Virus record (IMG/VR): IMGVR_UViG_3300010885_053065
Span: 25,720 to 89,719 of that record
Reading direction: 5' to 3' (one strand)
Source: a virus
DNA: 64,000 nucleotides
The position numbers and the translations under genes are program-made. The notes under the pieces are model-generated. The model was given only the letters and a program-made list of their open reading frames with translations, was not told where the DNA came from and ran no database searches. Of this stretch, positions 47,413-57,556 are shown in pieces (position 1 is the first letter of the stretch; each line of letters starts with the position of its first letter).

Positions 47413-49129
47413 GTTTTTAAATACCCAATTTTTGATAGAAGAAGAGTTCGGAACCAATGTTACTTATGAATTTAGTAACAATAAAAAAGTAGAAATATGC
47501 AACGGAAACGATAGCTTAATAGCTAATTGTTTACAACCTCTTGCTACTTATAGTATAACTAAGTCCTTCTTTTATCAATCAACTTGTGATTACATTACAA
47601 GTTTTTTTACCACAGCATTAGGAAGTCTAAATAGTTTTAGATTTAGAGATCCTTGTGATAATTTTGCCACTAATACAGTTTATAATTCTGGTTTTGGAAC
47701 TAGTACTCAAGGAGTGGTCTTACCCAATCCAGATGGTAGTAATAAAGTATTTAAACTCTATAAAGCTTACAATCTTGGTTCATATGTAGCTTATAGAAAT
47801 ATTAGTAAGCCTATAGTTAGTACTCTTAAAGTTTATGTAAATGGAAATCTGACCACTTGCAGTGTCAATACAAGTACAGGGGTAATTACTTTCTCTACTG
47901 CTCCCCCTGCTGGGAATGGGTTTGGTGGTGTATCTAGGATTACTTGGGAAGGTAATTTTGATGTTGAAGTTAGGTTCGATTCTGATACTGCTGTAGCGAT
48001 AGAAACTAAAGTCTATGACGATAGTATTAGCCAATGGATGTTTCAGCTACCAACACTTAAATTGGTAGAAGTTAGAGATACTAATTCTATTCCTACTGGT
48101 TCTAGTAGGGCACCAGTTACTACGATTCCAGACTCAATAAATCATGTATTTGGCTTAGATTTAAGCTATGACAGCGTTTACCAGTCTCAATACAAAACTC
48201 TTAATACTAAATTAGATAACTTATTTGAGTTACGTACACAACAGTTTAATTATAGTAAAAGTGTTTTTAAGTTAGGAAGTGCTCAACTATTAGATATCAA
48301 TAAAGTAGAATATTTGATCACTTTATGGAGAATCTGTTTAGGCAATGCCAGACTCTTTAAGCTAACTAATCATATTAAAAATATTACTGAATATATTAGA
48401 TTTAATAATACAAGTTTAAGTTTTAATGTTGAGGTTGATTCTTACGTTAGGAGCGAACAATCTTTCTACTTATCTGGGATAGAGTTAATAGGTCCAGGTT
48501 CTTCACCTCCTGCTGTTTGTGTGCCTACACTCACGTTAACAGAGTCGATCTTTAACAATTGGTTAAATGGTAGACTAACTAGTGTTTATGGAGGTTTAGC
48601 TTCAAGCACAGCTACCTGTGAAAAGGTTAGTAGCGGAGGTAACCCAGGTAGCTACCTAAGAATAACAATGGTGACTACAGGTTATAATCAAGGCGGTGTA
48701 AGCACAACACAAGGTATTGCTTATTTCGTTTTTAGTCCTATCTTGTCTTTTGATCCCTCTACACAAGGTTCTATAACTAGTATTGATTTCTCGGTAGATG
48801 TCCAAAACGAGGGATCTTACTCAACTCAACTAACTTTAGCTGTACTTCAAAATGGTATAGTTTACGACTGCTCAGATCGTGGAGCTGTCGCTATTTCTAA
48901 CACTTCATGGACTAATAAGGGTATTAATGGACTAAATTCTGGTTTTGGTGCTGTCTGTACAAATCTAGGTGCATCCATTCCTAGCGGAGCACCAGTGTTT
49001 AACCCTTCTGGTAACCCTATAAGGTTTGGTATTGTAATCAAAAACTATAATATAGCAGCAACGCTTAGTAGAACTTCAGTAGCGTCAATCGATAATCTGC
49101 AAATAGTAGTTAATGCCGATTGTGATTGA
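47411..49129 (+). CDS. DUF2460 distal tail protein with C-terminal extension
   Basis: G...SFRFRDP.D, FKLYK.Y, R.I.KP, TG.ITFSTAP, FDVEVRFDSD. Confidence 0.9.
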   Translation: MFLNTQFLIEEEFGTNVTYEFSNNKKVEICNGNDSLIANCLQPLATYSITKSFFYQSTCDYITSFFTTALGSLNSFRFRDPCDNFATNTVYNSGFGTSTQGVVLPNPDGSNKVFKLYKAYNLGSYVAYRNISKPIVSTLKVYVNGNLTTCSVNTSTGVITFSTAPPAGNGFGGVSRITWEGNFDVEVRFDSDTAVAIETKVYDDSISQWMFQLPTLKLVEVRDTNSIPTGSSRAPVTTIPDSINHVFGLDLSYDSVYQSQYKTLNTKLDNLFELRTQQFNYSKSVFKLGSAQLLDINKVEYLITLWRICLGNARLFKLTNHIKNITEYIRFNNTSLSFNVEVDSYVRSEQSFYLSGIELIGPGSSPPAVCVPTLTLTESIFNNWLNGRLTSVYGGLASSTATCEKVSSGGNPGSYLRITMVTTGYNQGGVSTTQGIAYFVFSPILSFDPSTQGSITSIDFSVDVQNEGSYSTQLTLAVLQNGIVYDCSDRGAVAISNTSWTNKGINGLNSGFGAVCTNLGASIPSGAPVFNPSGNPIRFGIVIKNYNIAATLSRTSVASIDNLQIVVNADCD

Positions 49130-49140
49130 TTTCAGGCACA

Positions 49141-49173
49141 AAAAAAAAGGAGAGGGATAACACCCTCTCCTTT
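49141..49173 (-). terminator. Intrinsic terminator
   Basis: AAAGGAGAGGG-TGTTAT-CCCTCTCC plus a long T run on the minus strand. Confidence 0.8.
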
Positions 49174-49175
49174 CT

Positions 49176-49304
49176 CTACTTCATCATCTTCTTCTTGAAA
49201 GCGTCCCAATCTGATTGGGCTTTAGCGATCTTCCGGTTTGACTCTTTAGCCTCTTCTTTAGCTTTAGCGATAAACTCTTCGTTGCTCATTACTTCGTTAG
49301 ACAT
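49176..49304 (-). CDS. 42-aa stand-alone small protein (not in the ORF track)
   Basis: MSNEVMSNEEFIAKAKEEAKESNRKIAKAQSDWDAFKKKMMK; AGGAG RBS, class A promoter, terminator. Confidence 0.8.
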   Translation of the reverse strand: MSNEVMSNEEFIAKAKEEAKESNRKIAKAQSDWDAFKKKMMK

Positions 49305-49357
49305 GTCAGTAGCTCCTAGGTCATTGAGGTTAGTTTTTTCCCTCTGTTCATATACCT

Positions 49358-49430
49358 AATATAACAATTATCTGGATAAATGTCAAGTGTTTAGAGTATA
49401 AATAAAAATGTTTATTGAGCACATTTACTA
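49358..49430 (-). promoter_or_regulatory. Conserved phage promoter, class A copy 5
   Basis: Reverse complement nearly identical to 9737-9809. Confidence 0.8.
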
Positions 49431-49449
49431 AAGTAAATTGGTATTTATT

Positions 49450-50217
49450 TTATACTCTCTCATACTTATCTAGTACATCTCTAATAATCTCACTTCTAAA
49501 AGAATCTTTTTTAGAGAATTGGATTATGCCAACATTTTTAACTCCTTCTAGGCGTTGCATCGCGTCACTAATGCCGTTAGTAAGGATTGGGACATCGCAC
49601 TGATGAGGATCTCCTGCTAGTACCATTTTTGTATCTTGTCCTGTGGCATCTCTACCACAGCGAGTTAAAAAGGCTTTTATCCCTGCTGGAGGTACGTTTT
49701 GTGATTCATCTAGAATTGCCATACAGTTATTAAAAGTGACGCCTCTACAGTCACTTAAAAGCATGGCTTCTACTGTTCCTTTTTCTATATAATATTTAGC
49801 CTGATGCACTGGCATAAAGACAGACAAATTATCAAGTACAGGTCTAATTAAAGGAGACATTTTCTCTTGTGCGTTACCTGGTAAAGCTCCTATATCACGT
49901 TCCCATTTCATACCGACATTTGGTTTGATATAAATGATTTTTTCGATGCGTCTAAAAGATATTAAGTGAAAGCCATAATATAAAGCAAAAAGCGTCTTGG
50001 CACACCCTGAAGGACCAGACGCTATTGTTATGGTATTATCGTTTAAACTTTTTAAATATTTTGCTTGATTCTCAGATTTAGGGTGTAATTGGAGATATTT
50101 ATTCTGAGTTTCTTGTTTAATTGACTCTTCTGGAATATCTAACGGTTTCTTCTTTCTGTCCTTGTCTTTGCCTCTTTTTTGTGAGGGATAACTGCAAGAT
50201 GCACGAACCATAAACAC
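49450..50217 (-). CDS. phoH: PhoH-family ATPase
   Basis: P.SENQ..Y, GPSGCAKT, IGALPG...EKM.P, RG.TF....ILDESQN, GDP.Q.D. Confidence 0.9.
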   Translation of the reverse strand: MFMVRASCSYPSQKRGKDKDRKKKPLDIPEESIKQETQNKYLQLHPKSENQAKYLKSLNDNTITIASGPSGCAKTLFALYYGFHLISFRRIEKIIYIKPNVGMKWERDIGALPGNAQEKMSPLIRPVLDNLSVFMPVHQAKYYIEKGTVEAMLLSDCRGVTFNNCMAILDESQNVPPAGIKAFLTRCGRDATGQDTKMVLAGDPHQCDVPILTNGISDAMQRLEGVKNVGIIQFSKKDSFRSEIIRDVLDKYERV

Positions 50218-50289
50218 CCCTAGTGTAGTTACTTTTATCTTAACTTTAAAACTATAGTTCAGTTAAGCTAAAGTATAGGTAGACTTGAG

Positions 50290-53200
50290 GTGTTCTATAT
50301 GGTAAGTGTTGGCTCAGTATCTTTTCAAGTAAAGCTAGATAGAAATAATTTTGATGCAGCGATCAGACAGATGCAGAGAGATTATTCTAATCTGAATATA
50401 AACATTAACCCTGTAGTTAATACGCAGGGAATTAATCAGTTAAATACAGCTTTTAATAACCTGAGACAACAATTAAGTACTCCTTTAAATATAAATGTTT
50501 CAAATGCTCAAGTTAATAGACTTCAATCTGAACTTAACGCTACAAATAATCAGGTTCAGCAACTAGAGCAAGAAGTCTCAAGAGCTAATCAACGTATTCA
50601 ACAATTAGAACAAAACTTAAGAAACTCTGCTCAAGCAACTAATATTTTTAACCAAACTATTAACCAAACTACAAATAATATAAACAGACTAGGTGCTAGT
50701 AGTGGAGAAGTTGTAAGATTATTCCTCTTATTTAAAGCAGGAGAACTGGTAGTTAATGCTTTGGGTATTGCCTTACAGCAACTTCCCTCAAAGATAGCAG
50801 CAACAGTGAGTGAATCAACTAAACTAGCTGCGAGTTTTGAATCACTTAGGATTGCACTCACCTTCTCTGGAATAGATAACGCTGATAGTAAACTGAAGTC
50901 TTTAAGAAAAACTTCTAGTGAGTTAGGTGTCTCCTTTAGTACTTCAGCTAGAGCCTATCAACAATTAGCAGCGGCGTCTAGAGGTACTAATTTAGAGGGA
51001 CAAACAGACAAGATTATCAGTGGTGTTCAGGTAGGTTTGGCAGGTGCAGGTGCAGGAAAACAGCAACAAGAAAAATCCTTTTTAGCTATTGCTCAGATAG
51101 CTTCTAAAGGTAGGGTTTCCATGGAGGAACTAAATCAGCAGTTAGGTGAAGCTTTACCAGGAGCCTTACAAGTAGCTGCTAGGTCTATGGGTAAAACAGT
51201 ACCTGAATTTATTAAGTTAATTGAAACGGGACAAGTTTTAGCTGAAGACTTGTTACCCAAACTAGCTGCTCAATTTAAGTTAGAAGGTGCTGCAGGTATA
51301 GATAAGGTTGCGGATACAGCTAATACCAAACTGATCAAGTTACAAAATACAGTTGAAGAGTTAAAGGTGAGTACGGGAGAAGGGTTTTTAATTGGACTAA
51401 AACCCGTACTTACTGTAGTGACTGCAGGTATGGAGTTACTGAATAAAGCGTCTGGTGCAGTAAATATCGCTTTAGGGATTCTAGCAACTGGTGGGATAAT
51501 TTTTGTTGTTAACGGAATACGAATACTAGTCTCAGCCTTGGCTACAGGGGGCTTGGCTTCTACTGTATTTGGTCAAACATTAGGTTTACTAGGAATCCAA
51601 AGTGCAACTGTTACAGGATTACTAGGCAACGCATCTATAGCTCTAAAATCCTTTGGTGCATCTTTATTAGTAGCGGCTCCTATTGTTTTAGGGATAGTTG
51701 CAGCCTTTGCTATATGGAATGCTGGATCTAAAGATTTAGCTGAATCTGTTGACGCTCTTTCTAAATCTCTCGAAAGACTAAAAGCTAGTAGAGATAAGTT
51801 AGATCCAAATAAACCACTAACAGAACAGAAGAACTTTACAGGAGACGTTTTTAAAGATTTATCAACTGGTGGGTTACCAGTTCCAAAAACAATACAAGAA
51901 AGATTGAAACAAACAGCAGAAACAGGAAGAGGTTTACCTCTTGGTAATCCTTTCCAGTTGTATAACGACTATGCTGTTTCTAAAGATGTTGGCAATATAA
52001 AAAAAGTTATTGATTTAGCCAAAAAGCAAAATGACGAACTCAATAAGACCTTTAATAATGCTGAGAAAATAGATTCTATCAAAGGGAAAATAACCAAAAT
52101 TGATAACGATATTCGAGGTTATAAAACAGATCAAGGGATTGCTCAATCTAAAGGAGACACTAAGAGCGTATTATCTTTAAATAAGAAAATTACAGAAGCG
52201 CAAGCGCAAAGAGAAAATATTATTGGTGAATCTTTTGGTAGTTCAGCAGCAGAATTACAGCAAAGAAACGAGATTCTAGAAAAAACCAAAAAAGAGTTAG
52301 AGAATAATAAACCAAATATCTCTACTTCTGACTACAAAACTGAACTTAATACAATTAATACCCTAATAGAAGATGGTAAGAAAAAACTAGAAGCCTACAA
52401 CTCTACTGTTGCAGGGATCAATAACGAGTTTAAGGATATGGAGTACAATCTCTCTAAAATAACAGGAAGATTGGCTGATATTCAATTTAAATATGAACGG
52501 ACATTGCAATTACAAACAACACAACTAGATAACGAACGTGCTGCACAAATTGAAGCAGCTAGAAATAACTTAAAAAATACAGGTATTAATACTCTTAACG
52601 ATTCAAGTTATCAATCAAAATCTCTAGACATTCAAATCAAAGCTGCTAGACAACTACTAAGTGAACTACAGAGTGAGCAGTCAAGCCGATTAGAAACGCT
52701 TTTAGATAAGTACACAAATAATCAACAGAAGTTTGCTAGAAATGATGATCAGAATCTTAACAAGATATTTGGTACTAAAAACTTTGCTGAAGATGTTAAA
52801 TCTGGTAATATTTCTGCTGAAACGATACAGAAAATAGTTACTGATTCTGAGAAGACCACAGGAAAAGTATTAGATCCAATAATCCAGAAAATAGCAGAAG
52901 TAGCACAAGAGTATATAAAGAATCAAACTAAGATTAATGCGACTCAAGGACAGATAGCTAATCAAGGTAGACAGAAATCAGAACAAGCTCTCCAGTTAGA
53001 CATAAATAGAAATAACTTAGTACAGCAAGTTAGAGACTTTAGTAGACAAATTGAAGACTATTTTATTCAGATAGGTGAACAGAATAAGCAGTGGCTACGT
53101 AGTTTAGAGGATGTTGCTCTAACTTATAAAAGAGAAGTTAGGAGTATAGTTGAGAGTTATCAAGACCTAAATAGAGAACTAGACCTTAAGATAGCAACTC

Positions 53201-55632
53201 TTAGAAAGAACTTAGAGGATGCTAAGGCTCAATTAGCTAATACTAAGTTATCTAACTCTCTTAATGAAGGTCTAACTCCTGGTGTAGATAGTATCAACAG
53301 TAGAGTAGCTAAAATCTTCACTGACTACAACGCTAAGTTACAAGAGATTGACGCTAAGAAAAGTCAATTTAACTTAGGACAGTTAACAGAACAGCAACAG
53401 ATGATCGCCTTAGCTCGTTCTATCAGAACTCAACAGGAACAGCAATTAGACTTTGAGAAAAAGAGATTAAGGCAGTCTGAGGACTTGGTTACTCAACAGC
53501 AACAATATAGTAGAAGTCAGTCTAAATCGTGGCAAGATTTACTCTTAAAAGCCAAAGATATCTCAGAACAGGCTTCTAAATTAGGTTTGAATCTTGGGAC
53601 AATTAGCCAAAGAATAGCAGCAGAAGGCAATAAGCTAATAGAGTCTTTTAGAGGTATTGTTAACGGCTTAGGAGGAATTAATAAAAATGTTCCTCAAATA
53701 AACCCTGCTTCTGGTTTTAAACCACAGAATAATATAGTTCCTCTTAAAGAACCTCAAGCTCCTAAGTACACATCAATTAAGGATATTCGAGACACCGAAG
53801 AGTATAAGAAAGGTAAAGAGGTAACACGTACTGTTGACGTTTCTAAAGGGTTTAGTATTGACATAGGATTAGGAAATAAACCTAAACCAGTCGTTAAGCC
53901 AGTTGTCAAGCCTACAATAACTTCTGATTTTCTAGGTGGCTTAGCTGATAAGTTTCCTATTAGACCTAAGACAGATGAAGAGTTATATGGCTTAGATTAT
54001 CTACGTTCCTTGACTCCTATAGTTAGTCAACCTAGTAATGGAGCCATACCACAGTTAGCTAATACTCCAAAATTTGATAATCAGAAGCTTATTAAGAAAG
54101 CAGGTCAAATTCAATCACTTGGTGGGGAACTTAGGGATGTTGGAAGTCAGCAGATAGATGAAGATAGAATTAGCGCGGTAAGAGCGGCTGCGGCTCAGAT
54201 AAATATTGAATTAAGGAATATTCAGTCTGGTATAGAAAAGACAAGGTATAGCCTTTCCCAATCTTCTATAGAGTCTGACAAGTTCTTGCAGAGTACTAGA
54301 GGCTATACGACTGAAGCAGAGAGACAAAAGAATATTGTTAATGAAATTAATCAGGCTGAAGACCAAAGATTACAATCTTTAATCGACCAAAAAAGAGTTT
54401 ATCAAGATCAGGCTGATGGTGGGGTAATTCTACTCAAAGGATTACAGGATAAGCAAAAAGAATATCAGGAACAAGGAAAAGCGTTACCTGAAAACTTTGA
54501 AAAACTATTAGAAGCAGCTAAAGCAGCAATACCAGTCTACGAACAAGGTGCTGAAGCCATACAGAAACAGATAGATAAAGTAAAAGAAGAGACTGCTGCT
54601 GTAAAAGAATTGAGGATAGCCAGAGAACGTGAGATTGGTGCTAGAGAAAAACAGAACAGTCTAGATAGCTATCAGAAGAACTATCTAGAAGCTAAAGCTG
54701 GCTCAAGTTCTAACCCTTTTGAAGCTAACGACTTTAAGCGACAAGCTTTAACACTACAACAAAGAGTTGACTACAGAAATGAGCAATCCAATCTGGAAGA
54801 CTTTATTCTTAAACAGAACCTATCAAGGACTGAAGCTGAAAACTTGAGAGATAAACTCAAAGAGATAAACGAGATTAAGTTGGCTGATATAACAAAACAG
54901 ACTGATTTCCTCTATCAATCTTTATCTGCTCCTCTAGATAATCTATTTAAGGGATTAACTAGTTTTTCTGGTAGTATTCAAGACTTACTTGCTAATTTTG
55001 TTAACTCAATAGTTGGTAGTATTACCTCTGCACTAAGTAAACTTGCTTCTGATTCACTACTCAAGTCTCTCCTTGGTCTAGGAGGTGGTGGCGGAGGAAT
55101 TGCTGACTTATTTGGTGGTGGTATCGGTGGAGGTGCCGCTGCTGATTTACTAGGAGGCTTAGGGTTATTTACCTTTGCTAATGGTGGCACTGTTCCTACA
55201 GCAGCTAATGGTTTAAGTGTAGGTTCAGCTTATAGTATGGGTTCTTCAGTTCTTAAAGCAATGCAGACTGAAGGTATGGGAGCTATACCTATAGTTGCTC
55301 ACTCTGGCGAAGAAGTATTAACAGATAGAAATGGTGATGCTCAATTCTTTAGAGAATTATCTAAAACAGGTAAATGGCAATCTCTTAAACAGAATAAAGG
55401 TCTATCTGTTGGCAACTTTGATGCAGGTGGTATTGTTGGAGGAAACAATTCCTTTGGTGGCTCCTTTGCTAACAACGGGTTTACAAAAAACAATCAACCT
55501 ACTTTTGTCACCAATAATCACAGCACCAATATTAAGGTCAGTGCTCAGGATGCTAACAGCTTTAGAAAGTCTCAAGCTCAGATAGCTAGAGAACAGCAAC
55601 TAGAACAAGAAAGACAATCTAGATTTACTTAA
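50290..55632 (+). CDS. Tail tape measure protein
   Basis: Tape_meas motif AIAQIASKGRVSMEELNQQLGEALPG; long coiled coils; C-terminal FANGG, H.GEEVL, DANSFRKS..QI. Confidence 0.92.
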   Translation: MFYMVSVGSVSFQVKLDRNNFDAAIRQMQRDYSNLNININPVVNTQGINQLNTAFNNLRQQLSTPLNINVSNAQVNRLQSELNATNNQVQQLEQEVSRANQRIQQLEQNLRNSAQATNIFNQTINQTTNNINRLGASSGEVVRLFLLFKAGELVVNALGIALQQLPSKIAATVSESTKLAASFESLRIALTFSGIDNADSKLKSLRKTSSELGVSFSTSARAYQQLAAASRGTNLEGQTDKIISGVQVGLAGAGAGKQQQEKSFLAIAQIASKGRVSMEELNQQLGEALPGALQVAARSMGKTVPEFIKLIETGQVLAEDLLPKLAAQFKLEGAAGIDKVADTANTKLIKLQNTVEELKVSTGEGFLIGLKPVLTVVTAGMELLNKASGAVNIALGILATGGIIFVVNGIRILVSALATGGLASTVFGQTLGLLGIQSATVTGLLGNASIALKSFGASLLVAAPIVLGIVAAFAIWNAGSKDLAESVDALSKSLERLKASRDKLDPNKPLTEQKNFTGDVFKDLSTGGLPVPKTIQERLKQTAETGRGLPLGNPFQLYNDYAVSKDVGNIKKVIDLAKKQNDELNKTFNNAEKIDSIKGKITKIDNDIRGYKTDQGIAQSKGDTKSVLSLNKKITEAQAQRENIIGESFGSSAAELQQRNEILEKTKKELENNKPNISTSDYKTELNTINTLIEDGKKKLEAYNSTVAGINNEFKDMEYNLSKITGRLADIQFKYERTLQLQTTQLDNERAAQIEAARNNLKNTGINTLNDSSYQSKSLDIQIKAARQLLSELQSEQSSRLETLLDKYTNNQQKFARNDDQNLNKIFGTKNFAEDVKSGNISAETIQKIVTDSEKTTGKVLDPIIQKIAEVAQEYIKNQTKINATQGQIANQGRQKSEQALQLDINRNNLVQQVRDFSRQIEDYFIQIGEQNKQWLRSLEDVALTYKREVRSIVESYQDLNRELDLKIATLRKNLEDAKAQLANTKLSNSLNEGLTPGVDSINSRVAKIFTDYNAKLQEIDAKKSQFNLGQLTEQQQMIALARSIRTQQEQQLDFEKKRLRQSEDLVTQQQQYSRSQSKSWQDLLLKAKDISEQASKLGLNLGTISQRIAAEGNKLIESFRGIVNGLGGINKNVPQINPASGFKPQNNIVPLKEPQAPKYTSIKDIRDTEEYKKGKEVTRTVDVSKGFSIDIGLGNKPKPVVKPVVKPTITSDFLGGLADKFPIRPKTDEELYGLDYLRSLTPIVSQPSNGAIPQLANTPKFDNQKLIKKAGQIQSLGGELRDVGSQQIDEDRISAVRAAAAQINIELRNIQSGIEKTRYSLSQSSIESDKFLQSTRGYTTEAERQKNIVNEINQAEDQRLQSLIDQKRVYQDQADGGVILLKGLQDKQKEYQEQGKALPENFEKLLEAAKAAIPVYEQGAEAIQKQIDKVKEETAAVKELRIAREREIGAREKQNSLDSYQKNYLEAKAGSSSNPFEANDFKRQALTLQQRVDYRNEQSNLEDFILKQNLSRTEAENLRDKLKEINEIKLADITKQTDFLYQSLSAPLDNLFKGLTSFSGSIQDLLANFVNSIVGSITSALSKLASDSLLKSLLGLGGGGGGIADLFGGGIGGGAAADLLGGLGLFTFANGGTVPTAANGLSVGSAYSMGSSVLKAMQTEGMGAIPIVAHSGEEVLTDRNGDAQFFRELSKTGKWQSLKQNKGLSVGNFDAGGIVGGNNSFGGSFANNGFTKNNQPTFVTNNHSTNIKVSAQDANSFRKSQAQIAREQQLEQERQSRFT

Positions 55633-55634
55633 AT

Positions 55635-55784
55635 CTAATTATTTCCTGTTGGAGCTAATTGTCCGACAGTTCTTCTTAATCTAGTTAAGTCAATCACTGT
55701 CACTGGTTGACTTATATTTGTTCTGATAATCGCTCTAGCTGTGTAGGTTGTGAGATCGGCGACGGTTACGTTATAATTTGGCAT
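55635..55784 (-). CDS. 49-aa small protein ending the fibre operon (not in the ORF track)
   Basis: ATG directly after the upstream TAA; MPNYNVTVADLTTYTARAIIRTNISQPVTVIDLTRLRRTVGQLAPTGNN. Confidence 0.55.
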   Translation of the reverse strand: MPNYNVTVADLTTYTARAIIRTNISQPVTVIDLTRLRRTVGQLAPTGNN

Positions 55785-56666
55785 TTAAGTTGTCCTAATC
55801 GCTATTCCATTAGTAAGATAAGTGTAAACTTCTGAGGCTGATACTGTTAGTAAATCACTATAGGTAAAGCCATGGATGATACCCGAAGTTGGTACATTGC
55901 AACCGATAAAATCAGAGCTTAATCCTCCTATAGCAAAACTACCTGTTCTTAAGTTAACAGGTTTAATTAGTTGATAATTAAAATCTAGATCTAAATTGGG
56001 AGGTGTCCACACGGAAGTACCTGAAACCCCATGCACATAGGTCTGCAAGTTACTAGAGGTAGTAGAAGATCCGTAAGCGTTAGTTGTACCATAACTGTTA
56101 AAGGTATTTAAGTTAGTAGTATAAAGTAAGTGTACAGACGGTCCAAAAGTTTCAGGATTACTAACGTAATTGTTTACTGTTTTCGCAAAACCAAACAACA
56201 ATCTAAATAAATTATTAGGATTAGTTAGAACTATTAGACTATAGCTACCTTCATTGTCGTTATAGGTTGTGACATTATGAAAAGCGTTGGCTCCAAAACA
56301 ATCGCCACCAGTAACAAGGTAAGTCTGTGTGCTCAAAGAACCTGTCCCTGCAAAGGTTCCTGTATTCCAAGTGTTAAACAAGTTAAAAGATATGGATGCA
56401 TTAGAAACGTTATTAGATGCGCTTATATTGTTTCTATTTCCTACGTACACTGGAACAAAAATAGTAATAACCAGAAAAACAGTACTAAAAGTTCCACTAT
56501 TATTGCTTAGCTGATAGACAAGAAAAGTGTTATTCCCGCTATTTGCTACTTGAGTAGGAGTGGGAAAACCAGCATTTGACAAGATAGTTTGCAAAGCAGT
56601 AGAGATTGCTGAGTTTCCAGAATATAGCTGTAAGCCGTTTGGATAATTTCTTACTATAGCCGTCAC
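55785..56666 (-). CDS. Virion fibre/RBP paralogue 3
   Basis: GFP.P, W.TGT, P.VH and YTYL..G..IRTT shared with the two upstream paralogues. Confidence 0.65.
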   Translation of the reverse strand: MTAIVRNYPNGLQLYSGNSAISTALQTILSNAGFPTPTQVANSGNNTFLVYQLSNNSGTFSTVFLVITIFVPVYVGNRNNISASNNVSNASISFNLFNTWNTGTFAGTGSLSTQTYLVTGGDCFGANAFHNVTTYNDNEGSYSLIVLTNPNNLFRLLFGFAKTVNNYVSNPETFGPSVHLLYTTNLNTFNSYGTTNAYGSSTTSSNLQTYVHGVSGTSVWTPPNLDLDFNYQLIKPVNLRTGSFAIGGLSSDFIGCNVPTSGIIHGFTYSDLLTVSASEVYTYLTNGIAIRTT

Positions 56667-57556
56667 TAGGTAGTCCTCACTGCTAATCCATCACCAACAT
56701 AAGTATAAATTTCATTACTAGATGCGACAAACGTATCACCATAATTAAACCAACTAAAAGGTCTTGGTGTTGGTCCGTTGGTAGTTGTCAACATAACAAA
56801 ATCACTACTTAAAAACCCTGTATTGTATCCTGTATTGTGGGTTACTCCAAAGTTGTGAATCCTGTTATTCGTCCCGTACCTTAGACAAGCAGGTTTAATT
56901 ATCTGGTAAATGCCGTTACTATCTATTGGAGCGATAGAAGGGAAATACCCCACACTACCATAATTACAGCTATTAGCAATAGTTCTAGCTGTAGAGGCGG
57001 TAACTAGTAATACATAAGGATAGGATACGTTTGATTGGATATAACACAAGCCATGTATTGTTGGTGCTATATCTCTCTGGTTTGGAACGGCTGTAATTAA
57101 AGTGTCAAGGAAGCCAAGCACAAACCTAACGTTATTACCTGCATCAGTCAGGACAGTAAAGCCGTAAGAGTTGTCGGTAACATTTGTGTAAGACTTTGCT
57201 GATAAGAAAGCTGAAGTTCCAAGTAGATTTAGAGGATTGCATTGAATAACTGGACCATTGTTAGTACCCGTTAGAGTTCCTGTATCCCATGTTTCAAACA
57301 ACATTAAAGAGGGTTGGTTAGCGAAAGCTGTCCAAGTTGAGGTAGTTGTACTCCATGTCAGCACCCAAAAAACAGTATTATAAGTACCAACGCTCCTAGA
57401 CAATTGATAAACCAGATAATAATAACCACCTGATATAGTCGCTTGAAGAGGACTAGGGAAGCCACAACCAGCTAAAGCAGTTTGGATTCCCGTATTAAAA
57501 GAGGCTGGACTAGAGCCTTGAATTAAATCAGTATAAGTAGTAACTGTAGCCGTCAT
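56666..57556 (-). CDS. Virion fibre/RBP paralogue 2
   Basis: Same motifs; ends VRTT. Confidence 0.65.
   Translation of the reverse strand: MTATVTTYTDLIQGSSPASFNTGIQTALAGCGFPSPLQATISGGYYYLVYQLSRSVGTYNTVFWVLTWSTTTSTWTAFANQPSLMLFETWDTGTLTGTNNGPVIQCNPLNLLGTSAFLSAKSYTNVTDNSYGFTVLTDAGNNVRFVLGFLDTLITAVPNQRDIAPTIHGLCYIQSNVSYPYVLLVTASTARTIANSCNYGSVGYFPSIAPIDSNGIYQIIKPACLRYGTNNRIHNFGVTHNTGYNTGFLSSDFVMLTTTNGPTPRPFSWFNYGDTFVASSNEIYTYVGDGLAVRTT

Noticed and set aside
49126-49603. Plus-strand 77-aa and 62-aa ORFs, and similar short antisense ORFs elsewhere in the track
   Set aside because: Shadows of real genes, promoters or terminators on the opposite strand
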